NCBI GenBank assembly: GCA_002269645.1
Contig: NIVC01000804.1
Coordinates: 1 to 36,909, forward strand
Origin: Macrostomum lignano
Lineage: Eukaryota
Reading direction: 5' to 3'
Length of the DNA: 36,909 bases
Of this stretch, positions 1-32,755 are shown in pieces; position 1 is the first letter of the stretch; each line of letters starts with the position of its first letter. Below the pieces are notes generated by a model, which worked only from the letters and a program-made list of their open reading frames with translations, searched no databases and was not told where the DNA came from. The position numbers were made by a program, and so were the translations under genes.

Positions 1-835
1 ATGATATAGAGTCCATGATCTAGTGTCTATGATCTAGATCTAGATCTATGATCTAGTGTCTATGATCTAGAGTCTATGATCTAGGGTCTATGATCCAGAG
101 TCTATGATCTAGAGTCCTATGATCTAGAGTCTATGATCTAGGGTCTATGATCTAAAGACCATGATCTAGAGTCCATGATCTAGAGTCATGATCTAGAGTC
201 TATGATCTAGAGTCCATGATCTAGAGTCTATGATCTAGATGATCTAGAGTATGATCTAGAGTCCATGATCTAGAGTCTATGATCTAGAGTCCATGATCTA
301 GAGTCTATGATCTAGAGCTCATAATCTAAAGTCCATGATCTAGAGTCCGTGATCTAGAGTCCATGATCTAGAGTCCGCGATCTATAGTGTCTAATCTAGA
401 GCCGTGATCCAGAGTCTATGATCTAGAGTCCATGATCTAGAGTATATGATCTAGAGTCCATGATCTAGAGTCTGATCTAGAGTTCATAATCTAGAGTCCA
501 TGATCTAGAGTCCATGATCTAGAGTCCATGATCTAGAGTCTATGATCTAGAGTCCATGATCTAGAGTCCATGATCTAGAGTCCATGATCTAGAGTCTATG
601 ATCTAGAGTCCATGATCTAGAGTCTATGATCTAGAGTCCATGATCTAGAGTCTATGATCTAGAGCTCATAATCTAGAGTCCATGATCTAGAGTCCGTGAT
701 CTAGAGTCTATGATCTAGAGTCCGTGATCTATAGTGTCTAATCTAGAGCCCGTGATCCAGAGTCTATGATCTAGAGTCCATGATCTAGAGTCTATGATCT
801 AGAGTCCATGATCTAGAGTCTGATCTAGAGTCGGT
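1..835. repeat. 14-bp minisatellite ATGATCTAGAGTC(C/T)
   Basis: Direct tandem periodicity; probably in a BLMH intron. Confidence 0.95.
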
Positions 836-978
836 GATTTAAGGCTTACCTACCAGTAATATTCTATGGTCCTTATTTACTCATTTGTGCTACATCACAG
901 TTTAAATTCAGCATATCTGACCTGCTATTACAGAGACAATATGATTACTCACCCCTCAACTAAACTCAACCGCAACAG

Positions 979-1825
979 GTGTGCCTGGTCAACGATCCGC
1001 GCAATCCCTACTATCGCCTAATGACGGTGGACATGCTCAACAATATGCAGGGCGCCAGACGAGTGCTCTACGTTAATCTGCCATCAGAGGAACTGCGTCG
1101 CCTAGCAACCGATGCTTTGCGCGATCGACTGCCTGTATGGTTCGGGTCGCACGTGAGCAAAGGTCACAGCAGGACGGCCGGTCTGGCTGACCCCAATCTG
1201 CACAGGCTTGACCTGCTGTGCGGGCTGCAGCTCAACACTATGGATAAGAAGGAGCGCCTGCTCTATGGGGACTCGCTTATGACTCACGCTATGTTGCTTA
1301 CTGGTAAGGCCTGGGGGAATTAGGTTGATGGGGAATCTGCTCTTTCATATGAGATATTGATTGAGAACCTGTTCTCTCATTTGAGATATTTGATGGAGAA
1401 CCTGTTCTCTTATGTGAGATATTGATTGAAAACCTGTTCTCTCATATGAAATATTGATTGAGAACCTGTTCTCTCATTTGAGATATTTGATGGAGAACCT
1501 GTTCTCTTATGTGAGATATTGATTGAAAACCTGTTCTCTCATATGAAATATTGATTGAGAACCTGTTCTCTCAATACCTGTTCTCCGCAGGTGTGACCCC
1601 GCCTGACCCCGCCGCCGGCAGCCGGGCAAGTGGCGAGTTGAGAACTCCTGGAGCCAGGATTACGGACTGAAAGGCTATCTGACGGTCACAGACGCCTGGT
1701 TCGACGAATACGTCTACGAGGTGGCCATCGACAAGGCTCGCCTTACCGACAAGATGCGAGCCGTGCTGGAACAGGATCCCATCGTGCTGCCCGCCTGGGA
1801 CCCCATGGGTGCTCTGGCCCAGTGA
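979..1825 (+). CDS. BLMH: Bleomycin hydrolase (C1B cysteine aminopeptidase), last two coding exons; 5' part lies upstream of the window
   Basis: Exon 979-1303 (cag|GTG...ACT G|gtaag) encodes VCLVNDPRNPY...VWFGSHV...GDSLMTHAMLLTG (catalytic His motif). Exon 1591-1825 encodes KWRVENSW (catalytic Asn) ...LPAWDPMGALAQ*, the characteristic BLMH C-terminus. The two exons are out of frame by 1 nt somewhere in 1591-1628 (apparent indel). Confidence 0.93.
1335..1585. repeat. ~33-bp minisatellite GAGATATTGATTGAGAACCTGTTCTCTCAT..
   Basis: ~7 copies filling the last BLMH intron. Confidence 0.9.
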
Positions 1826-1937
1826 ACCTCCAACTCAGCGGTCTGTTGCTAAGGGGAGCCGACTGGGGTTTAAACACATTTTTACAAACTTTTTTTCTAA
1901 ATTTGATTTTTGTTGTCCCATTTTCTAGGGTCTCCTC

Positions 1938-2663
1938 TTCTAGTGTCCGGTATTCTCTAGTGTCCGGTATTCTTTAGTGTCCGGTATTCTCTAGTGTCCG
2001 GTATTCTTTAGTGTCCGGTATTCTCTAGTGTCCGGTATTCTCTAGTGTCCGGTATTCTTTAGTGTCCGGTATTCTCTAGTGTCCGGTATTCTTTAGTGTC
2101 CGGTATTCTCTAGTGTCCGGTATTCTCTAGTGTCCGGTATTCTTTAGTGTCCGGTATTCTCTAGTGTCCGGTATTCTTTAGTGTCCGGTATTCTCTAGTG
2201 TCCGGTATTCTCTAGTGTCCGGTATCCTTTAGTGTCCGGTATTCTCTAGTGTCCGGTATTCTCTAGTGTCCGGTATTCTCTAGTGTCCGGTATTCTTTAG
2301 TGTCCGGTATTCTCTAGTGTCCGGTATTCTCTAGTGTCCGGTATTCTTTAGTGTACGGTATTCTCTAGTGTCCGGTATTCTCTAGTGTCCGGTATCCTTT
2401 AGTGTCCGGTATTCTCTAGTGTCCGGTATTCTCTAGTGTCCGGTATTCTCTAGTGTCCGGTATTCTTTAGTGTACGGTATTCTCTAGTGTCCGGTATTCT
2501 CTAGTGTCCGGTATCCTTTAGTGTCCGGTATTCTCTAGTGTCCGGTATTCTCTAGTGTCCGGTATCCTTTAGTGTCCGGTATCCTTTAGTGTCCGGTATC
2601 CTTTAGTGTCCGGTATTCTCTAGTGTCCGGTATCCTTTAGTGTCCGATCTTTAGTGTCCGGTA
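1938..2663. repeat. 17-bp minisatellite TAGTGTCCGGTATTCTY
   Basis: ~42 near-perfect copies between the convergent BLMH and GH31 3' ends. Confidence 0.95.
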
Positions 2664-3002
2664 CAAACTTGTAACGTCCAGTCTCTCTTAGTAAGCGGTT
2701 TTCGGTTCTATTATAATTATTCCGAAATTGTCTGCTTTAATTTGTTCACTTTTTTAATTAATAAAGCTTTGCTTAGCTGAGGTAATTATATTATGGATGT
2801 GTTTCTAAAAAGCAATGGCCCTTCGATGTTTTTGATAGCATAACTGCTCTGTCCTTCAACTACCCGGTCTGTTCAATCGGTACAATAGGCTCGTCTTTAA
2901 TAGCCAATTTTCGCTAATATGATTGTTTTTTTCTATCGAAATTATTAAATTAATAATTGTCTGAAATATATATTATATTTAGTATGATTTCTAATACACT
3001 TC

Positions 3003-3063
3003 TTTATTAATCAAAAAGTCACACTTTAAGTAGAAGAGATGGCATTTTGGTTTCAATTTTATT
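3003..3063 (-). terminator. Candidate polyadenylation signals of the GH31 gene
   Basis: Minus-strand AATAAA at 3063-3058 and 3008-3003, ~80-130 nt after the TAA stop. Confidence 0.4.
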
Positions 3064-3139
3064 CGTTTTATAATTTGCATAAATTATGTTAATTAGTTCG
3101 CCAATCAGTAGTCAGTCAGCCAGTGTGGCTGTTACAGTT

Positions 3140-24486
<21,347 letters not shown>

Positions 24487-24794
24487 GAATTTCTGAGTTG
24501 AGTCTGCCCAACTGCTATGCAGACTCAATCTTCGCAGAGGCGATTGTTGCTTCCAAGCTTAAGCGACGCTCCTGAGAATAAGATTGAGCACAAAGTGTCA
24601 CTGCATTGACATTCCTAATAAGAGTCTTACTGGCTCTCTTATCAAACTTTAGCCGTAGTGCGTACAGTTGGCAGCCGAGTTCTCAGATAATTTGAAAACA
24701 GAGCGATAGGAGCCAGCACTTTGTCATTAGAAAATCTTTTTGAAAGATTATCAGGTAAATACGAGCTACTCTTATGCCTTGTGTCTTAAAGTGA

Positions 24795-26010
24795 GCACCC
24801 GTAGTGTCTTAATGAGTGAGCACCCATAGTGCTTTGATGAGTGAGCACCCACAGTTTCTTGATGAGTGAGCACCCACAGTGTCTTGATGAGTGAGCACCC
24901 ATAGTGCTTTGATGAGTGAGCACCCACAGTTTCTTGATGAGTGAGCACCCATAGTGCTTTGATGAGTGAGCACCCACAGTGTCTTGATGAGTGAGCACCC
25001 ATAGTGCTTTGATAAGTGAGCACCCACAGTGTCTTGATGAGTGAGCACCCATAGTATCTTGATGAGTGAGCACCCATAGTGTCTTGATGAGTGAGCACTC
25101 AGTGTCTTGATGAGTGAGCACCCATAGTATCTTGATGAGTGAGCACCCATAGTGTCTTGATGAGTGAGCACTCAGTGTCTTGATGAGTGAGCACCCATAG
25201 TGTCTTGATGAGTGAGCACCCACAGTTTCTTGATGAGTGAGCACCCACAGTTTCTTGATGAGTGAGCACCCATAGTGTCTTGATGAGTGAGCACTCAGTG
25301 TCTTGATGAGTGAGCACCCATAGTGTCTTGATGAGTGAGCACCCATAGTGTCTTGATGAGTGAGCACCCATAGTGCCTTGATGAGTGAGCACCCATAGTG
25401 TCTTGATGAGTGAGCACCCATAGTGTCTTGATGAGTGAGCACCCATAGTGTCTTGATGAGTGAGCACTCAGTGTCTTGATGAGTGAGCACTCAGTGTCTT
25501 GTTGAGTGAGCACCCATAATGTCTTGATGAGTGAGCACCCATAGTGTCTTGATGAGTGAGCACCCATTGTGTCTTGATGAGTGAGCACCCATAGTGTCTT
25601 GATGAGTGAGCACCCATAGTATCTTGATGAGTGAGCACCCATAGTGTCTTGATGAGTGAGCACTCAGTGTCTTGATGAGTGAGCACCCATAGTGTCTTGA
25701 TGAGTGAGCACCCATAGTGTCTTGATGAGTGAGCACCCATAGTGCCTTGATGAGTGAGCACCCATAGTGTCTTGATGAGTGAGCACCCATAGTGTCTTGA
25801 TGAGTGAGCACCCATAGTGTCTTGATGAGTGAGCACTCAGTGTCTTGATGAGTGAGCACTCAGTGTCTTGATGAGTGAGCACCCATAATGTCTTGATGAG
25901 TGAGCACCCATAGTGTCTTGATGAGTGAGCACCCATTGTATCTTGATGAGTGAGCACCCATAGTGTCTTGATGAGTGAGCACCCATAGTGTCTTGATGAT
26001 TGAGCAGTGA
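24795..26010. repeat. 25/23-bp minisatellite GAGTGAGCACCCATAGTGTCTTGAT
   Basis: ~48 copies occupying most of the AADAC-GH31 intergenic space. Confidence 0.96.
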
Positions 26011-26344
26011 TCACCTATCTTAAATTTCAAAGAAAAAATCGTTTGATAAAGTTAATATTAATTATTTGGCTTTTTGAAACTGCTCCATAAACTTGTACTC
26101 GTAATTATAGAAAGTAAAAAAGTTTTTCACGTCATTCCAAATGATTAAAATGTATTTTTACTAAAATTGGCAATTTGTGTTTAAAATTCTTTGTGTAGAA
26201 AGCTTGTAAAAATTAAATATTAAAAAGTTAATACCAGAAATCATTTTAAAGCAATCAAATGAAGAGTTTCGTGAATTTTGGACAGCATTGGAACTACATA
26301 AAATTGATTTATCATTCTGAGCCCAAGTTTGTCCCCTGAGCATA

Positions 26345-29300
26345 TCATAGCTGATTTTCCAGAATTTCAACCAGACGATCTCGAATCTCCCTGCCATCGT
26401 TTGGGAATCCAACCGCCGCGTGGAATGTTGAGAATCTGGTCAGCTGGACTCGAACTCCCGACCGTTCTAATCGATCTGCGTACAGCAGAGCATCGTCAAG
26501 CAGCGGGTCGAACTCGCAGGCCAGGATGAAGGCTGGTGGAAGGTCCAGCTTCTCCAGGTCTGCGCCCAGCAACGGGGAGACTCGGTAGTCAGTGGCGGAG
26601 GTGGCGACCTGCGGCGTGAAAGGTTCAGTTGACTAATGTGTTCTGGGGATTCTAATGTGTTCTTGGGATTCTAATGTGTTCTGGGGATTCTAATGTGTTC
26701 TGGGGATTCTAATGTGTTCTGGGAATTCTAATATGTTCTGGGGATTCTAATGTGTTCTTGGGATTCTAATGTGTTCTGGGGGATTCTAATGTGTTCTGGG
26801 GATTCTAATGTGTTCTGGGGATTCTAATGTGTTCTGGGGATTCTAATGTGTTCTGGGGATTCTAATATGTTCTGGGGATTTTAATGTGTTCTGGAGATTC
26901 TAATGTGTTCTGGGGGATTCTAATGTGTTCTGGGGATTCTAATGTGTTCTGGGGATTCTAATGTGTTCTGGGGATTCTAATATGTTCTGGGGATTTTAAT
27001 GTGTTCTGGGGATTCTAATGTGTTCTGGGGGATTCTAATGTGTTCTGGGGATTCTAATGTGTTCTGGGGATTCTAATATGTTCTGGGGATTTTAATGTGT
27101 TCTGGGGATTCTAATGTGTTCGGGGATTCTAATGTGTTCTGGTGATTCTAATGTGTTCTGGGGATTCTAGTGTGTTCTGGGGATTTTCATGTGTGCTTGG
27201 GGATTCTAATTTGTGAGTGGCGGCCCAGTCTTTGGTGGCGGTATCCCAGCAACTGAGGACCTGGGAGGCTGGTGGCCCAGCAACTGAGGATCTGGGAGGC
27301 TGGCCCAGCAACTCAGGATCTGGAATAATGACTCACCCTAGCGGCCAGATCCGCGTCAGCTGCGAACTCCTGCGAGTCGGCCTCATTCAGCATCGATGGC
27401 TGCAGCTCCAGCCCAGTGGCTCGCTGATAGGCGGCCCTCAGTTCAGCAGTCACGTGACCATGCTTCAACAGCCAATCAGAGGCGGCCCTGGACCCGGTCA
27501 GATAAATGCTGATAAAATCCGCCATCTGCCAGGGCTTGAGGAACGGCTCCGCCTGCTGGGTGAGGTAGGACTCGGTGCGCAGACTGGCCGCCTGCGTCAC
27601 CGGGTAGATCAGCAGCTGCAGCTTCGGGCGCCGCCAATCGTCGCCGAGCTCCGGAGCTGACCGGCGCAACGCCTGGGCCACCGAGGCCGCCAGCTGTCCG
27701 CCGGCGCTGTCGCCGCACAGGCCGATGCGCTGCGGATCGACGTTGAAGTCGGCCGCCGAGTCGAATATCGCCCGGGTGGCGGCCAGGCTGTCCTCGAAGG
27801 CCGCGGGAAACCGCTGCTCGATGGACAAGCGGTAGCTGCAGTTTGGGCGTGTGGGTCTGTCTCTAAGTGCCTGTCTCTGAGTGCCTGTCTCTGAGTGCCT
27901 GTCTCTGAGTTCCTGTCTCTGAGTGCCTGTCTCTGAGTGCGTGTGTCTCTGAGTGCCTGTCTCTGAGTGCGTGTGTCTCTGAGTGCCCCTGTCTCTGAGT
28001 GCCTGTCTCTGAGTGCCTGTCTCTGAGTGCGTGTGTCTCTGAGTGCCTGTCTCTGAGTGCGTGTGTCTCTGAGTGCCCCTGTCTCTGAGTGCCTGTCTCT
28101 GAGTGCGTGTGTCTCTGAGTGCCCCTGTCTCTGAGTGCCTGTCTCTGAGTGCCTGTCTCTGAGTGCGTGTGTCTCTGAGTGCCCCTGTCTCTGAGTGCCT
28201 GTCTCTGAGTGCCTGTCTCTGAGTGCGTGTGTCTCTAAGTGCCCGTGTCTCTGAGTGCCAATCTCTGAGTGCCTGTCTCCTAGCGCCTGTCTCTGAGTGC
28301 GTGTGTCTCTGAGTGCGTGTGTCTCTGAGTGCCTGTCTCCTAGCGCCTGTCCTGTAGTGTCTCTTGGTGTACTTGTATCTCAATATCCTAGACCCTTAGT
28401 GTTCCTAATTTGTGTCTGTTTGTCTGGCTGTCCTTTTACGCTCGTTCCATCTGTTTGTCTCCATTTCCTGCGTGTCTCACCCACCTGATGGCAAACACGG
28501 TGACCCCGGCTCGCTCAACCATTTCTGAGATGAGGTTCACGTTGAACTCGGGAGCTCCGATTGCCCAGCCGCCGCCATGAATGTAGATGATGCCAGGTTT
28601 CGAGCCTGAAGCCAGGTTCAATCAATTGAGCCGCTATTTTCTCACCGAAAACTACCAGAAAATATCTTTATTTTACTGACTGGGATTTCCCTGACTGGGA
28701 TTTGACTGACTGGGATTTCATTGACTGACTGGGATTTCATTGACTGACTGGGATTTCATTGACTGACTGGGATTTCATTGACTGACTGGGATTTCACTGA
28801 CTGGGATTTCACTGACTGGGATTTTACTGACTGACTGGGATTTCAATGACTGGGATTTCACTGACTGACTGGGATTTCACTGACTGGGATTTCACTCACT
28901 GACTGGGATTTCACTGACTGGGATTTCACTGACTGGGATTTCCCTGACTGACTGGGATTTCACTGACTGGGATTTCACTGACTGGGATTTCCCTGACTGA
29001 CTGGGATTTCACTGACTGACTGGGATTTCACTGACTGACTTGGATTTCATTGACTGGGATTTCACTGACTGGGATTTCCCTGACTGACTGGGATTTCACT
29101 GACTGACTGGGATTTCACTGACTGGGATTTCATTGACTGGGATTTCACTGACTGGGATTTCCCTGACTGACTGGGATTTCACTGACTGACTGGGATTTCA
29201 CTGACTGGGATTTCACTGACTGGGATTTCACTGACTGGGATTTCAATGACTGGGATTTCACTGACTGGGATTTCACTGACTGGGATTTCACTGACTGGGA

Positions 29301-29979
29301 TTTCACTGACTGGGATTTCACTCACTGGGATTTCACTGACTGGGATTTCACTCACTGGGATTTCACTGACTGGGATTTCACTCACTGGGATTTCACTGAC
29401 TGACTGGGATTTCACTGACTGGTATATGACTGACTGGGATCTAACTGTCTGGATTTGACTGCCTGTGACAAGGAATTCACTGACTGACTGGGTTAACTGG
29501 GATTTGACGATGTTTTCTGCATAGCGGTGGAATCGCTTATAGCAACTAGTTAAGAACAGAACAAACCAGGAACTGCTCGACCATCAGAGGATTCTGGTCG
29601 CCAAGCCACAATGGTGCGGGAGCCGGCAAACTGTTTTTCAACAGAGTGCAGCCTGCTCGAGTTTTTAATAGCCGGCACAATGGCGCTGAAAGCTCTCTGA
29701 CGGAACTTTTCCATGGTTGTCAGGCCCAGCGCTTCAACGATTCGACCCTTAATAGTTTTATTAATTTATTAAATTAGAAACATTACACAAAAACGGTGTA
29801 CTTTTTTGCTGCTTTCATGGAACAAGTTGAAAACGCACCAAAGTTTCCAGGATTTTAAACACAGACTGAACATAAGTCACAATGCCTTTGTCCTGTACAT
29901 AGTCTGGCAGTGGCTCCTGCATTCGATAAGCCAGAAATGCTGAGCCTAGTACTCCAACAGCTAGTAAAATTCTAAACAT
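26345..29979 (-). CDS. Arylacetamide deacetylase / neutral cholesterol ester hydrolase-like lipase (HSL family alpha/beta hydrolase), 396 aa
   Basis: Exons 29979-29839, 29747-29582, 28605-28485, 27835-27337, 26608-26345 (1191 nt, phases consistent). Hydrophobic N-terminus, IYIHGGGW oxyanion hole, YRL motif, GDSAGG catalytic Ser, LLIYP, EFDPLLDD (Asp), FHA (His). Confidence 0.92.
26632..27210. repeat. 19-bp minisatellite GGGGATTCTAATGTGTTCT
   Basis: ~29 copies in AADAC intron 4. Confidence 0.95.
27856..28350. repeat. 14-16-bp satellite GAGTGCCTGTCTCT
   Basis: ~32 copies in AADAC intron 3. Confidence 0.95.
28675..29445. repeat. 15/19-bp satellite CTGACTGGGATTTCA
   Basis: ~45 copies in AADAC intron 2. 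Confidence 0.95.
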
Positions 29980-30843
29980 TGTTGGAGAATTTTTCGACCA
30001 AGGCTGAAAGTTGATAGCATCAAAATGTATGCAAAAAATGTCATATTTTCTTGGCAATGTACATAGCTGTTGTAAGTTTTATTTTCAAATTTCTAAATTA
30101 TTTCTAGCTATAAATGAAATACAATGCCAATAAGATTCAGAATAATGAATGAATTCATCATTTTTTACTCATTTTTGCTTGTCAAAATAGCCACAATAAT
30201 ATCAACTAGTACCTATATATGTAGCTACTTCAAGTTACAGATGCAGTATAGATGATAAATTTAATGAGTAAAAATGAATGAGAGTAAGTTTCAATGACAT
30301 CGAATAATCCAACTTTTTGTTTAGCTAGTAATATAGTTTATGAATTTAGGCCTTGGGAAAAATATATTATAAAACGGCGACAAAAATTGACAAAATTATT
30401 GAAACCTAGCAAAATTCGTTGAAATTACAAATCTTACCAGGTAACAGTACAAATTTCAGATGAAAAGTTACCTAAACAATACCATTTTAAAATTCGTAAA
30501 TTAACTTATCCATAGTGATAAAATACAACGCTTTCATAGAAAATTCTAGGTTCGAAATCTCGCCTTAGTACAACTATCGTGTGGTCTCTAAGACTTCAAT
30601 TATATTCGAAATGCAGTAAAATCAGTAAAATCAGTAAAATGTACAGAAAAATATTTTTCCAGATAAAGTATACTTTCAAATTCTGAATCCTTTCGCTATC
30701 TGTAAATTATTTTGTATTTTGTTTTATTCATACCTATAAAAATGAAAACTGTCTCTGTCTGTCTGTGCACAAATTACTTGGCTATGGACTCCCAAACCGC
30801 TCAACCAAATGACACAAAATTCTGCACTCACCCTAAACTCACT

Positions 30844-31178
30844 GAGCCTCTTCACGGCAATCGGTTCTAGAATCAGAATAAATTCGAATTCTAGAACCAG
30901 AACCAGTGTGAAATGAGGAGCTTCGAACCCATTTTATGTTTGACAGTCTTTACTTCGTACAATTTAATTTTGTCGTTCTTTGACTTTGTTTCCTCTTGGA
31001 TATGACAAAAAACGAATAAGTATATAACAATAATAAAAAATTGACGATTTCAAATATATTTTACTGTTAAAGTGTAAACATGACAACGGTTCGAGAAAAT
31101 TTCTCGAACCATATTCTAGAACCAGAACCATGTTCCGGAACTGATTCTGTTTTTCGAACCAGCGATATGAAGAGGCTC
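30844..31178. mobile_element. MITE with 11-bp TIRs and 3-bp TSD (PIF/Harbinger-like)
   Basis: GAGCCTCTTCA ... TGAAGAGGCTC, flanked by ACT on both sides; internal repeated TTCTAGAACCAGAACC motifs. Confidence 0.6.
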
Positions 31179-31836
31179 ACTAAGTAAAGTTTCAGGCTTA
31201 CCTTAAAATTTCCTAAATTCAAGCCTTCCTATACCGAAAAGTGCAAAAAGTTCTTTAAAAAGTGCATTTTTCACTTAACAATCCAATAGCGTTGCTCCAC
31301 TTTTACTAGTCCTCTTCAAATTTTACACAAACAATCTTCAACTATTTTGACACGATCGTGAAAAATTTCGAATCTCAAAGTTAATCCTGAACGGCGCTGT
31401 GCACTTTTAAATTTAGTCTGTGTTTTGTCAGCGAGACAGCCACCCCGACCTCCGCCTCTCCCCCTTCCTTTATCTGGCCAGATGTGTAAAAGGGGTTTGG
31501 AAATTGACTACCTTTCGGCTGCCATAAGTTTGCTCCACGTCAAGCGATTGACTTCAAACTTGAAATAGCTAGTTCTTCATTGACTCGATCATTCTCTGTC
31601 TAAATACATATAAGTCTCACCTCTGCAACTCAATCAGGACAGATCGAACTGTAAGCATTTGAAGTTTGTCTGCTTTTTCTGGTGTTTGTACCGCTCAACC
31701 ACTCAGTACAGCGAATCCCACACTATAATGCAAAAATATAATTATGCCAGAAGCATAGACCGAGCCACTTGCCGCATTAGCAAGGTTTCAATGAAAATGA
31801 CAGTTCTTAATAATTACATGTACGCTCTCTGAAAAT

Positions 31837-32292
31837 TAGGGATTGCAAAATCCCCAAATCCCGGGATTCAATCCCGGGATCAGAAAAATACAGATTTTTA
31901 AACTTCTGGGTTGAAATTTTTTAGCAAAATATGCGTGCGCTAAACATTTTTTTGCTTCCATTTTTGATTTGTTACAGAGTTAATTATTTATTTGTAGATG
32001 ATTATGTATTTAAGTAAGTAGTATAAAAGTACTAATTAGTAGTAAAGAGGCAAATCAAATATCAAAATTTACATTGAAACAAATTTCAAATTTAAATCCG
32101 TGATGCGGGGTTTAAAAAGGCGCCATGCGACGTGAGGCAATTAAGGAAATTAGCGCAGTATAATAAACTTGTTGTGAGCCCAATTATGTTCATATTATTA
32201 AAACTCTTGTAAAAATAATAACAAAAATTTGTCCCGGGATTCGGCACTCCCGATCCTGCTATTTGGGCCCAATCCTGGGATTGCAATCCCTA
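31837..32292. mobile_element. hAT-like MITE
   Basis: TIRs TAGGGATTGCAA / TTGCAATCCCTA; flanking 8-mers CTGAAAAT / CTAAAAAT (7/8, TSD); subterminal ATCCCGGGAT motifs; AT-rich interior. Confidence 0.8.
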
Positions 32293-32499
32293 CTAAAAAT
32301 GCCATGATAAAAAGGAAGATCACCCCACTCCGCCTGCAGTCGACCTTCAATTGGCAAACAATATTGAATCCGGTCGGGGAAAGAAATCGTTGCTTTTAGA
32401 AGCAACTATTGAGCGTTGACCTCTCTCGATCTCTCTCTCTCTCTCTCCTTCGCTGTGTTTTCCGGCATAAATTCTCTCTTTCTTTCTCTCTTATCCGCG

Positions 32500-32600
32500 A
32501 TCAGAGCCGAGTCTCATGACGCCCAATAAAAACCAATCGATGCGGGTGGGGCGATCAGCCCTTACCCCCCCTTCCTACTCCAGTCAAATCCAGAGCTGGG
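32500..32600 (+). promoter_or_regulatory. Candidate proximal promoter of the TRPC-like gene
   Basis: Two CCAAT boxes (32523, 32533) and a GC-box-like GGGTGGGGCG ~200 nt upstream of the putative ATG. Confidence 0.3.
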
Positions 32601-32755
32601 GATCCGATTCGAGACAATAATGAACCGAAATCCTGCAGTTAAAAATAGCCGGTCCAGTCTGGACCAGTCTCAAAAAGTCAACTTAAAAGCCATGCGGTCC
32701 TTTTCCGGACTGTCCAAATTGAAAGATTTCTCCCCAAGTTGAGAACTGCTCAAGC

